NCBI GenBank assembly: GCA_963741205.1
Contig: CAVUHW010000028.1
Span: 33,526-97,525, forward strand
Direction of reading: 5' to 3'
Source: Nitrospirota bacterium
GTDB lineage: Bacteria; Nitrospirota; UBA9217
DNA length: 64,000 bases
Below are positions 52,167 to 62,275 of the stretch, piece by piece. The notes under the pieces are model-generated. The model searched no databases. It was given only the letters and a program-made list of their open reading frames with translations, and was not told where the DNA came from. Within the stretch, counting starts at the first letter, position 1. Every line of letters begins with the position of its first letter. The position numbers were made by a program, and so were the translations under genes.

Positions 52167-53802
52167 ATGGGGAAATCGTCAGAAGGTATTGAACGCTACC
52201 ACGAAAGGACTAAACACCACCCCCACCGGTACGCGCGCTCGGCAGGGTATCTGGACTGGGAGAGCGAACCGAATCCCTTCAGAAGATATGACGGCACCCC
52301 GATCGTAAGGCTTCCCCTCCTGGAAGAGGACCCCGCGGGAACTTTCCAGAGCCTGTTCGACAGAAAAGGAGTCGACGTACGTCCTTTCTCCCTCGAAAAT
52401 ATCGCCTGTTTCCTTGAGCTCTCACTGGGGCTTTCAGCGTGGAAATCGTACGGAGAAAATTCCTGGGCGCTCCGGATGAACCCCTCAAGCGGGAACCTCC
52501 ATCCCGTCGAGGGCTATGTGGTCCTGCCTCCTCTCCCCGGGGACGACGTCCCAGGCGGCGTGTGTCACTACAACCCCTTTTTTCACGGACTCGAACGAAG
52601 GACGGCCGTCGACGCACAGCTCTGGGCAAGTTTGAGGCAACACTTCCCCGAGGGGTTTTTCACGGGGCTCTCCTCCCTACATTGGAGAGAGTCGTGGAAA
52701 TACGGCGAACGAGCGTTCCGGTATTCTCATCTCGACATGGGGCATGCGGTAGCGGCCATGAGCTTCTCCGCTGCCCTTCTGGGATGGAAGGTAACTTACC
52801 TGAACGCGCTTTCAGACCACGAAGTCGAAACCATCCTCGGATTCACCAAGACCCGCTGGAAAGAATTCGAGCGGGAGGAAGCCGGTCCCCTGCTCTTTGT
52901 CCATGGAATGTCCGCGAATAACGAGGTTCCCCGCGGACTGCCCGCGGACATCATCCATTCGTTCGAATCCCTCTCGTTTGCCGGGGAGCCCAATCCATTG
53001 AGCAAGCGCCATCGCGACTGGAGCGTGATCGATGAGGTTTCGGAGCTTACCGTCAAACCCGCGACGCAGGAAGAAACGTATCGCCATGAAAATCATCCCT
53101 TCGCCGTAAAAAATCCTTCTGCCGGACGCGGCAGCCGCGATCATCAGGAAACGAAGGAGCGCCCTCTCCTTCGATGCGAAAACTACGCTGGATCGAGATC
53201 ACTTTTTCGACATCCTTGACAGGACCGTCCCACGGAACCACTGCGCACCCTTCGATGCGGAGCTTGGCCGCGCCTCTGTCCATCTCCTCATTTTTGTTCA
53301 CCGCATCATCGGCCTGGAACCGGGCCTTTACTTCCTTGTCCGGGAGAGAAAAGACATTGAAGAGATAAAACAAAAATTTCGGTCCGGCTTCCTCTGGGAA
53401 AAAGCACCGGAAGCTCCCGAGACGATTCCTTTGTATATTTTGGAGCTGGGTGACTTCAGATCAAAGGCGCAATCTGCAAGCTGTGATCAGGACATCGCGG
53501 GAGACGGGGCCTTTGCAGTCGCCATGATCGCCGAATTCCGCGATACCATCGAGCAAGAGCCCTATCAATACCGTCATCTTCATTGGGAGGCAGGGATGAT
53601 CGGCCAGGTATTATACCTGGCTTGCGAGGCCTACGGGATCAGGGGAACGGGCATGGGCTGTTTCTTTGACGACAGGGTTCACGAAATGCTGGGACTACGG
53701 GACAATACGTATCAAGACCTCTATCATTTCGGCGCGGGGAAGCCGGTTGAAGACACACGCATCGCCACGCTGCCGCCCTATCAACACCTTCGTAAAAAAT
53801 AA
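52167..53802 (+). CDS. two-domain SagB-type/nitroreductase-family protein; one frame break
   Basis: MGKSSEGIERYHERTKHHPHRYARSAGYLDWESEPNPFRRY...LRMNPSSGNLHPVEGY...FRYSHLDMGHAVAAM (ORF 52092..53219). After a break near 53130 the second domain reads AAAIIRKRRSALSFD...LYFLV...YRHLHWEAGMIGQVLYLACEAYGIRGTGMGCFFDD (ORF 53431..53802). Confidence 0.75.
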
Positions 53803-53803
53803 A

Positions 53804-53832
53804 AAGCGCACCGCCGGGCAGACGGTGCGCTT
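53804..53832. terminator. 10-bp stem hairpin AAGCGCACCG/CGGTGCGCTT after the nitroreductase stop (U-tract on the minus strand)
   Basis: It begins one nucleotide after TAA 53800-53802 and is preceded by AAAAAATAAAA. A degenerate copy lies at 55829-55857. Confidence 0.6.
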
Positions 53833-53835
53833 AGT

Positions 53836-53958
53836 CCTCCCCCTTCAAGGGAAAGAGCCTGCCCCCGAATGATTCTATCGGGGGTAAGGAGGGGGATGGG
53901 TACATTGTTGCTGGTTCAGCCCCATCCCCACCCTAGCCCTCCCCTTGAAGGGGAGGGA
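53836..53958. repeat. cluster of GC-rich hairpins (CCCTCCCC-ttgaa-GGGGAGGG family)
   Basis: CCCCCGA-atgattcta-TCGGGGG; GGGGATGGG-20 nt-CCCATCCCC; CCCTCCCCttgaaGGGGAGGG; also tcccccttcaaggga. Confidence 0.6.
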
Positions 53959-54036
53959 ATGCGGAGATAATTAACCCACCTACTTGCACGCCTTGCAAGT
54001 CGTAATCATTGGATATTCGAAAGCAGAGAGGAAGGA

Positions 54037-54058
54037 GGCCGCCCTGCTCCGGGCGGCC
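54037..54058 (-). terminator. GC-rich hairpin downstream of the di-haem peroxidase gene
   Basis: The minus strand reads GGCCGCCC-ggagca-GGGCGGCC followed by TCCTTCCTCTCTGCTTT, about 20 nt after the stop at 54078. Confidence 0.5.
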
Positions 54059-54077
54059 TTCTCAAGGGAAAAGATCG

Positions 54078-55421
54078 TCACAGCGACCGCAGGAAATTGA
54101 GAACAGCCTGCTTATCAGTGACTCCAAGGGCATCGAAATTGCCAATCACTGTATTGGCTTCCGATCCGGGGCTTGCGTGTTGAGCGATCGCCTCGAGAAG
54201 ATCGCTCGTCCTCCCGTCGTGGAGGAAAAAGATCCTCTGGCCGAGTCCCCAGAGGGGTGCGGTACGAAATTCATCAGTTCCGGCATTCCCCTGGATGATG
54301 TCATCGGCCAATCCTGTCCCCATGTTGTGCACCAACAGATCGGAGAAGAGATTTGCTGTCTGGTTGCTGAGTGCGCCGACCGCGGTCGTGCCGGTAGCCA
54401 GTTGAGGCGTATGGCAGGCACCACAGCCGGTCGAGTTGAACAATGCCTCGGCCGTTCACGATGGACGGAGTGCGGTAACGGGCCGCACCGGGCCGGGGGC
54501 GCGAGGAATCGCATGAACAGAGCGAACAACTCGACGTCGCCTGGGATATTCCTGTCCCTGCCCGTAAGGTTGAGGTCGCTCTCGGGCAGCGGGTTGAAAA
54601 GGCAATTCGCCGCAAGTGCCGCTGTGTCATCGCGCTCCTGCTGGAACAACTGGTTCGTAACGCCCTGCTCGACGAGGTAAGCTTCCCCGGAGAAAATAGC
54701 GAGCGACTTGTTCTGGGCCTTCCACCCGAAGCGGGTGATTGTTCCGGTATTTCCTTCCCTGTTCTCGTGGCCGGAAATTCCGAATGATCCCGGAGTTTGC
54801 GTTCTTGTTCGCAAGGATAACGCTGTCAGGGATCATCTCAATCAACCCGGCGCCGAAGGTGGGCGTCGGGATGCGGAAGATCACGTTGTCGGGGCGTCAG
54901 CAAAGACGGCTGTGCAAGTGTGCAGCCCGGCGCGTCACTTCTGCCGGCAATGGTGAAGAGGGCGTGCACGCCTCCGTCACGAATGGTATTGGCAGCGGGA
55001 TCATGAATTTGAAGCGGGCTTCACGAATCGGCCCGTTGACCGTGACGAATGATGGGGGTACGTTGGTGGCGCCCTCTTTGGTCGCCACCGCCACCTGCGG
55101 ATTCACAAAAGGACTCGTTCCACCCACGGCTGGTTGGGCGTGACATCCAGCACAGCTATCCAGGTTGAACGTCGGCCCCAGGCCCGCATCGGTGCCGCGG
55201 ATCGTTCCCGACACCGAATCAACCTCGGTGAAGACATCGAGGCCCGATTTGAAGAAGTTGTTTTGAGTTGACGTAAGCCCGGGAATTGGTCCGCCCGCAC
55301 CAGCCGTCCCGCCGCGGACCCCTGGATCGAAGGGAATGGTCTGGGCAAAGGCGTTATGAACGGGCCCCGCTACAAGCAACACCAGCACAGCTACAATCAA
55401 TGTTCTTATTCTAATTCTCAT
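54078..55421 (-). CDS. di-haem cytochrome c oxidoreductase / putative peroxidase (DHOR-type); several frame breaks
   Basis: Signal peptide MRIRIRTLIVAVLVLLVAGPVHNAFA; first haem site FNLDSCAGCHAQPAVGGTSP; middle ITRFGWKAQNKSL; second haem site FNSTGCGACHTP; C-terminus FRTAPLWGLGQRIFFLHDGRTSDLLEAI. The pieces lie in ORFs 54897..55454, 54627..54884, 54146..54814 and 54078..54443. Confidence 0.75.
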
Positions 55422-55689
55422 GGACTTGCCCCTTTCTCTGCCCGCATCGGGCAACTGAAGTTGAACATTACACGATTAAATATATCGTCGTCAAAGAAAG
55501 GAGGCAATCGGCCTAAAGAAGGAATTTCACGACTGGGTATAGGCCTTTTGTCCTAAGTATTTTGCGGTCATCCGTATCAGCCACGGACCAGGGTTCCGCC
55601 CCGGCGACACGTTTACAGGTCAATCGTCAAGGCATAATTCACCTCGAGGAAATTACGTTCGCGGCGGCCCGTATCTGAAATGCATGAGA

Positions 55690-55828
55690 ACGGATGGAAT
55701 TGTGAAGAGTATTTTCGAGGATATCAATGTATGACGGTGGGTTTTCCCCAGTAGAATCCTGGGGCGGCTTCAGGCGCTGGCAGGGATTTCGGCGGATGCC
55801 TCCGTATCAGCATCTGCATAAAAAATAA
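55690..55828 (+). pseudogene. decayed 3' fragment of a second nitroreductase-family gene
   Basis: ...MYDGGFSPVES...PPYQHLHKK-TAA plus the following hairpin parallel LYHFGAGKPVED...PPYQHLRKK-TAA plus hairpin at 53730-53832. A 19-nt identical stretch AAAAAATAAAAAGCGCACC is shared. Confidence 0.5.
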
Positions 55829-55921
55829 AAAGCGCACCACCAGGCAGACGGTGAGCTTCAGTTTTATCCCTCCTCTCCACTAGGGGAAAAGCAATTGTCC
55901 AGTAATGCGGTGCTAAGCTCT

Positions 55922-56191
55922 TCACGTGGAAAACCGCTGAGCAGCGCGTGCTCGCGCCTTGGCAGCCTCTTCTGCGCGGTTCCTCGGCGGTGCGTTCGTC
56001 TCAAGTGAGTTCAGAAGGGTTCTGGAAACTGCAGCTATCTCGTCAACAGCCGCAAGGAATGAAGCTTCGTTCGCCTTCGATGGCTTGTTGAAGCCGCTTA
56101 CTTTTCTCACGAATTGAAGAGCGGCCCCGTGAATCTCCTCGTCCGTCACAGGCGGTTCGAAGTTGAAGAGGGTTTTGATGTTTCTACACAT
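55922..56191 (-). CDS. DUF2277-family protein
   Basis: Intact 89-aa ORF: MCRNIKTLFNFEPPVTDEEIHGAALQFVRKVSGFNKPSKANE. Confidence 0.8.
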   Translation of the reverse strand: MCRNIKTLFNFEPPVTDEEIHGAALQFVRKVSGFNKPSKANEASFLAAVDEIAAVSRTLLNSLETNAPPRNRAEEAAKARARAAQRFST

Positions 56192-56274
56192 AAGCGTTAC
56201 CTCGCTGTATCAGAGCTAGCCATCAGCGGCAAAACCGTCATTGTCGGTGTTGGCACAATGAGTAGGCACGATCG

Positions 56275-58230
56275 TTAAAGTTTCTTGCAGACCTCCAACA
56301 GGCGGGAAGGATCGTTGACCGGCTCGAAGCACGTGCTTTCTTTGCACGGAATGACGCGGCCGAGGTCGTCCCCATAGACGATCGCCGTGTACATCATCCC
56401 GGAAAGGGCGCGCGCCGCGCGCGGCGAGTTTGCTCTCAGGCGGCGCTTCAACCGTGAGTTTCAGCATGCGGAACGACGCGTCGAGGCTCACGAAAAAAGC
56501 GCCGGCATGGGCGCCTATTTCGCGCGCCATTTCCAAAAAAATACCGAGTGTCTGCCGGGCCGCCTTTTGGTACTCGTCCTTTCCCGTCATAAGCGACAGC
56601 TTCAGGAGCAGCAGGACAGCCAGGGCGTTGGCTGAAGGCTGCGGAATGTCCTCCATGCGTTTAAGCCGCGTGCCCAATACCTCGGTCTCCGTATCGAAGA
56701 ACCCGCCTTCCTGCCTGTCGTAATATTTCTCCATGCACGCCGTCATGAGTTCGTCGGCCTTCGCAAGGTACGGCTTTTCGGCTGTCGCTTCGTATCCCGA
56801 AACCAGGGCATCTATAAGATGAATGTAGTCGTCGAGTACGGCGGGGACGTCCTCCGTGTGCATCAGACGGCCGTCCACAAACCTTTCCTTCAGAATCCTG
56901 TCGAGGCTCCTTGTGCCAAAGGCCCTTATGTCCTCGTCGCCGAGAACGGCGAAGGCATGAAAATATGAAGCGATGAGCATTCCATTCATCGAGGTATAGA
57001 ATGCTTTGTCGATCAAAGGCGTCTCCCGGAGCGCACGGGCCGCAAACAGCTTTTTCTTGCCGCTCTCGATGACCCGCTTGACGTCCTCAACGTTCTTGCC
57101 CAGACTTCCGGCAAGCTCCGGCAAAGACCGCGTTACGAACAGGACCTTCTTCGCAGGATCGTGGTGCATGCTGCCTTCCGGATGCAGCAGAAATGCCGAC
57201 AGGACGGCATACTCCTCCGGATCGAGCGGTTTCCGGAACTCCTCCTCTGTCCAGGTGAAGTAGCCGCCCTCGTCATCGGGAGTTACATCCGCGTCCTGGC
57301 TCCCGTAAAACCCTCCTCCAGGATCGGACAGGACCTCGCGCGTGAATCTGATGATGTCCAGCGCAGTCTCACGATACCGTTCATCACCGAATACCGCATA
57401 CCCGTCGATATAGTTTCTGAGGAGCCCTGCGTTGTCGTCCGCCATTTTCTCAAAATGAGGAATGGTCCAGGACTCGTCGACGGAATACCGATGGAAGCCA
57501 CCTCCGAGCTGATCGTGAAAACCTCCCTGTGCCATGGCCTCAAGCATCCTTCGGGCGGCCTGACCCGCGGCAGGGTTTTCGCTCACGAGTGAGCGACGGA
57601 TCAGAAACCCCAGCGCGGCGGTCATGGGGAACTTGGGGGCGGCGCCGAAACCCCCGCTCTTCATGTCGAACTGGGCGAGCAGGGCTTTTTCAGCTTCCGC
57701 GATCAGCGACTCGCTCAACTCTCCGGCCTGCATCGGCTCCGGCCGCAGCGCCTCCATGACGCGGTGGGAATAGTCACCGCGTCATTCCGTTGGGTGCGAT
57801 AAAAATCATGTACCGCGATGAGGATTTTCTTGAACCCCGGCCTGCCCTGACGGTCCTCGGGAGGGAAATAGGTGCCGCCGTAGAAGGGTTGTTTGTCCGG
57901 TGTCAGGAAGACCGAAAGCGGCCATCCGCTTCCCCCGCCCATGGCCGCGACCGCCTGCTGGTATCTCCGGTCGATGTCCGGCCGCTCGTCGCGGTCGAGC
58001 TTGATGCTGATGAAAAGCTTGTTCAGCAGCCTTGCGGCATCTTCGTCCTCGAAGGATTCCTTCGCCATCACATGGCACCAGTGGCACCAGACCGCGCCTG
58101 TGCTCAAGAAAACGGGCTTGTCCTCCTGCCTTGCCTTTTCAAAGGCCTCGTCGGACCAGGGATACCAGTCGATCTTCTGGTTCGCCGCGTGTTTGAGATA
58201 GGATGATTTTTCGTTTGCCAGTCTGTTCAT
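56275..58230 (-). CDS. thioredoxin-domain protein of the DUF255 / YyaL family (N-terminal Trx fold plus alpha/alpha-toroid); frame breaks
   Basis: MNRLANEKSSYLKHAANQKIDWYPWSDEAFEKARQEDKPVFLSTGAVWCHWCHVM...GSGWPLSVFLTPDKQPFYGGTYFPPED (ORF 57715..58254), then GGFGAAPKFP...GGFHDQLGGGFHRYSVDESWTIPHFEKM (ORF 56216..57757). The last part changes frame and ends ...LLEVCKKL with the stop at 56275-56277. Confidence 0.85.
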
Positions 58231-58260
58231 GTATCTTGCGGTTTTGGGACGCACGATATT

Positions 58261-58340
58261 ACGTCATATCCCGCGAAGGCGGGAATCCAAGATCATCGAA
58301 AAACCTCTGGATTCCGGTTTCAAGCCCGAATGACTGACGT
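58261..58340. repeat. GGGAATCC-family REP-like element
   Basis: acgtcatatCCCGCgaagGCGGGAATCCAagatcatcgaaaaacctcTGGATTCCggtttcaagcccgaatgactgacgt. Confidence 0.65.
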
Positions 58341-58347
58341 ATATCTG

Positions 58348-58848
58348 CTAATCTTCGTCCAACGGTTTTATCAAAACGTACTTCGGGTCTTCAGGCGGGA
58401 GGGTCGCTTCATCAAAGGGCATGACGCCGAGCCGGGTCATGACCGTCTCAAAGCTGGAGAGCAGCTCACGGTAATCGTATCCGGGCAACTCCTGGTGCAG
58501 TGCGGTTTCCACAAGCCGGTCGAAGGAGTCATAGTCGAAAGCTCCGTCAAGGACGCGCGACCGGACAAGCACGGTATACAATGTCCTCTCATCGTTCAGG
58601 TTCTCGCCCGCATGCACAGCGAGACGCCCCGCCGTACCGGATCGGCGATATAATGACTTCATCGCCCCTTCGAGCGCATCATACAGGGTCACGATCCCCG
58701 CTGCGATCTTGCCCTCCCGGAGCCTGCGTTTTCCTCCCCGGATATGGAGCCGCGCCCGCTGCAACGGCCCCTCGACAGGACCGAGTTCTTTTTCATCCAT
58801 CAGACCGAAGTGGGGCACAGGTAGAACTCCCTCTTCCACGATTGACAA
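58348..58848 (-). CDS. hypothetical protein
   Basis: Intact 166-aa ORF with a helical composition. No family is recognised. Confidence 0.4.
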   Translation of the reverse strand: MSIVEEGVLPVPHFGLMDEKELGPVEGPLQRARLHIRGGKRRLREGKIAAGIVTLYDALEGAMKSLYRRSGTAGRLAVHAGENLNDERTLYTVLVRSRVLDGAFDYDSFDRLVETALHQELPGYDYRELLSSFETVMTRLGVMPFDEATLPPEDPKYVLIKPLDED

Positions 58849-58860
58849 TTGATACCGCGC

Positions 58861-59496
58861 TTAAATACGCATAGGACGATGACGATCGTTCACTTCGCTC
58901 GCTAGGACGATTGACGAAAACTTTTCGTCTCTCGTCCTGCGTCCTTCGTCTCTCGTTCCTTTCACGCCGCCTTTTGCTTCCCTGGCCGCCTGGCTCTTCT
59001 TCATCAGTTTGAACGTTTCCCGCATGAAGGCCGGCAGATCGGAAGGCTGCCTCGAGGTCACCAGGTTTCCGTCCACGACGACCTCGCTGTCCTCGTAGAG
59101 CGCCCCGGCGTCCTTCAACTCCTGCACCATGTTGCTGTAACAGGTGGCGTGCCTGCCCTTGAGCAGGTCCGCGCTGACCAGGGTCTGCTGCCCGTGGCAA
59201 ATTGCTGCTACGGGTTTGTTCATCCTGAAGAAGGACTTAGCGATCTCTAACGCCCTTCGCTCTTTTCGAACAGCGAGCGGCGCCTTACCGCCGGGAAGAA
59301 TGAGGATGTCGTACTCCGACGGCTTGACTTCATCGATCGTTTTCTGCACCGCCACTTCATAGCCGTGCTTGCCAATGATATTCCCCTTGCCCGGGGCCGC
59401 TACATCCGCGCTGATGCCCACTTCCTGAAAACGATAGAGCGGAACAAGCAACTCCGTGTCCTCGAACTGATCGGCGCTGATAATCAATGCTTTCAT
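58861..59496 (-). CDS. DJ-1/PfpI-family protein
   Basis: MKALIISADQFEDTELLVPLYRF...YDILILPGGKAP...KPVAAICHGQQTL...VVDGNLVTSRQPSDLPAFMRE. The basic C-terminal tail is unusually long. Confidence 0.85.
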   Translation of the reverse strand: MKALIISADQFEDTELLVPLYRFQEVGISADVAAPGKGNIIGKHGYEVAVQKTIDEVKPSEYDILILPGGKAPLAVRKERRALEIAKSFFRMNKPVAAICHGQQTLVSADLLKGRHATCYSNMVQELKDAGALYEDSEVVVDGNLVTSRQPSDLPAFMRETFKLMKKSQAAREAKGGVKGTRDEGRRTRDEKFSSIVLASEVNDRHRPMRI

Positions 59497-59606
59497 GGTA
59501 TCCACCTCGTTCGTCATGACGCCGCGCGCGACAGCAACGAATAAACGCGGCTCATGCTCTCTATAAAAAGTATATCATAGCAAGAGTGCCAGCCGCAGCC
59601 TAGAGT

Positions 59607-59688
59607 GTCATCCCGAATGATGCTGGATTCGGGATCCCGTTGCGACTAAAGAATGGATTCCCGCTCAGAAGCGCTGCGGGAATGACGA
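59607..59688. repeat. GGGAATCC / GGGAATGAC-family REP-like element
   Basis: gtcATCCCGAATgatgctggATTCGGGATcccgttgcgactaaagaaTGGATTCCCGCtcagaagcgctGCGGGAATGACg. Confidence 0.65.
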
Positions 59689-59760
59689 CTTGAGTTGCAT
59701 GTTGGAGCGGACCGAAGAATGATTTATGCGGAAAGGATCGAGGACGGTAAAATACGGCCC

Positions 59761-61048
59761 TTACGGCGACCAGGCGGGCGACGTGTAATTGGCATCGTTT
59801 TTCGTGATCCGCTCGATATCGGTGCCGTTGGCATTCATGATATAAATGTTGAATTTCCCCTCACGGTTCGAGCTGAACACGATCTGTCTGCCTGAAGGCG
59901 ACCACGACGGGTTCTCGTCGCTCCCCGGTCCGTTCGTCACGATGCGGAAATCGCTTCCATCAGGGTTCACGGTTGCAATTTTGAAGAGTCCCTTGACCTG
60001 GGACGCGAATACGATGCGGTCGCCCCGGGGAGACCAGTTCGGAGAGGCATTATACTTTCCTTCAAAGGTGATCCGACGGACATCGGCGCCGTCTGCGCTC
60101 ATGATGTAGAGCTGCGGCGTTCCGGCCCTGCCGGAGGTGAAGACGAGCTCTCTGCCGTTCGGCGCCCACGAAGGCGACACGTTGTCGGAGGCGCCGTAGG
60201 TCAGCCGCTCCAGGTCTTTTCCGTCCCTCCCAATGGTGTAGATTTCGGCGGAGCCGTCCTTGGAGAGTGCGAGCGCGATGTGCCTGCCGTTCGGCGACCA
60301 GGCCGGCGAAATATTAAGACCTTCGCTTCCCGACAGTTTCCACCGCTTACCCGTATCGGTATCCAGCGCGAAAAGATCGGGGTTTCTGTCGCGGTACGAT
60401 ACGTAGGCGAGTATTTTCCCGTCCGGGCTCCAGGCAGGAGACAGGCAGATGGAGCGGTCCGCCGTGACCTTAAGCGGGTTCTGGCCGTCGTATTCCATAA
60501 CGTACAGTTCTTTGGACCGCGTTTTGTCCGAGACGTAGGCAATTCGGGAGCGGGCGATCCCCTTCTCGCCCGTGAATCGGGACACGATCTCATCGGCGAA
60601 GGTGTGCACCATGCGACGGAAAGTCTCCTCGTTGCCGAAGTATTCCTTGTTTGCGAGACTGCACTCCCCGTCGGCCCATCGTAGAGCCTGCCGGAGAGCA
60701 CGAGGTTCTTGCCGTTTCTCTGGATCTTGGCCCAGACCAAACCGGAGAGCCCGAAGACTCCTCCCCGCTTCCTGATTTCTTCCGACGGCTCCATGTTTCC
60801 GTTGACTTCAGGTCCAGTTTCTTCGCGTCCATAACCTCAAAAATCTGGGAACGCCGCAAATCAGACTGTAATACCTCAAGTGCAAGAGAACGAAGTTCGG
60901 AAGACCCGCTCTCATCGTAGATGTCGAGAACCGCTATGGGGATTTTTTTCGCTTCGCCGCGGACCACGCCGAGATAGTATTGGGAATAGACCACGGCGGG
61001 AAGTCCGATGAGGATGCAGAGCAGTATGAAGGCAAGTAATCTTTTCAT
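59761..61048 (-). CDS. tolB: Tol-Pal system beta-propeller protein TolB; frame breaks in the N-terminal third
   Basis: Signal peptide MKRLLAFILLCILIGLPAVVYS. The propeller repeats are SPAWSPDGKILAYVS, SPAWSPNGRHIALAL, SPSWAPNGRELVFTS, SPNWSPRGDRIVFAS and NPSWSPSGRQIVFSS (ORF 59761..60612). Confidence 0.88.
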
Positions 61049-61069
61049 GATTGTAGATATCGGTCTATG

Positions 61070-61859
61070 TTACTCCTGCGGCAAAAGATCAATGCTGAAA
61101 TTCTCTGAGTCCTTATAAAAATCGTCAGGCATGGGGGGAAAGGATTTCACATCAAGGATAGCCCTCCTGGCCGCCATGTCGAATGGGTCGCTTTTGCTGG
61201 ACTCCTCTATTTTGACCTCTACGATTCTGCCGGAGCGGAGTACCTTAAACAGCACCGTAGCTTTTATTCCCTTTGCACCCATCGGAGGGGACCAATTATT
61301 TCCGATTATTTCTCTCATCTGCCTCGCGTAGACATCCAATTTAGAATTTCCAGAGGAGGCTTTGACTACTCCAACCCCGGCCTCGCCTCCCGCCTTGGCG
61401 GGCGCGGCAGCCGGCGCGTTAGGAGCGGATGCCGATTCCTTCGGCGCGGGCTTGGCCTGTTCGGCCGCTGCCGGCTTGACCTGTTCCGTCTTTGCCGCCT
61501 TGGCCGCTTGCCTTCTGCGACGGTTTCGTCTTCTGCGCGGCCAGCTCGGGCATTGCGCTCTTGTTCAATGGCTTGCTTGCCGGCTTGGGCGCCGCGATCT
61601 TGACCTTGGGCTGGGGCGGCGCGGGTTCCGGCTTCGCGAGGGGAGGCGCCGATGCCGGTGCGGGAGCCGGCGCGCTTTCAGCCGGCTGCCCTACGAGCTT
61701 CACCTCGTAGAACGGCGGCAGGTAAACTTTCGGGGCCATTGCCGTGTAAAAAATGAGTGCGAGTACAATGAGGGCGGCATGCAGGAAAAAAGAAAAGAAG
61801 ACGGAAAGGACCAATTCATTGCCTGACTGTCCGATCCTCTGTCCCGGGAAAAACCTCAT
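61070..61859 (-). CDS. TolA/TonB-family energy-transducer protein; frame break in the Pro/Ala-rich linker
   Basis: TM segment LVLSVFFSFFLHAALIVLALIF, linker PAESAPAPAPASAPPLAKPEPAPPQPKVK, and TonB_C-like ...WSPPMGAKGIKATVLFKVLRSGRIVEVKIEESSKSDPFDMAARRAI (ORF 61070..61339). Its position between tolR and tolB suggests tolA. Confidence 0.75.
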
Positions 61860-62275
61860 CTGCCGGCCTCACCTCCCGGCGCTGCTTCCGTCACCATGCC
61901 GAGCCGGTCAATGCCGGCCCGCTTCACGACGTCCATCACCCGCACGACGGCGCCGTACGGGGCGTCCTTGTCCGCCCGGAGATACACATTGACGAGGGGC
62001 TTGCTCTTACGGATGGAATCGAGCACGTCCTTGAGCCGGGATATGTCTACCCGCTCTTTTTCAACGAACAGTTCCTGACCGCGGGTCACGGTAAGCACGA
62101 CGCGGTCTTCGGGCTTGACCGTATTGGCTTCGGACTTGGGCAGGTTCACGTCGAGGCCCCTGCTCATCATGGGAGAAATAATCATATAAAAGAAGAGCAC
62201 GACAAGCAGCACATCGATGAGCGGCACAAGGTTGATGTCGCGGATCATACGCCGTTCCCGTCTCGTGAAGCTCAT
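61856..62275 (-). CDS. tolR: biopolymer transport protein TolR/ExbD
   Basis: Intact 139-aa ORF: DINLVPLIDVLLVVLFFYMI...VYLRADKDAPYGAVVRVMDVVKRAGI. Start and stop overlap the neighbouring genes. Confidence 0.88.
   Translation of the reverse strand: MSFTRRERRMIRDINLVPLIDVLLVVLFFYMIISPMMSRGLDVNLPKSEANTVKPEDRVVLTVTRGQELFVEKERVDISRLKDVLDSIRKSKPLVNVYLRADKDAPYGAVVRVMDVVKRAGIDRLGMVTEAAPGGEAGR

Noticed and set aside
52167-53802. SagB-type dehydrogenase as a marker of a thiazole/oxazole RiPP (TOMM) cluster.
   Set aside because: No YcaO or cyclodehydratase, precursor peptide or transporter gene is adjacent. The two-domain nitroreductase-like architecture occurs on its own in many anaerobes.
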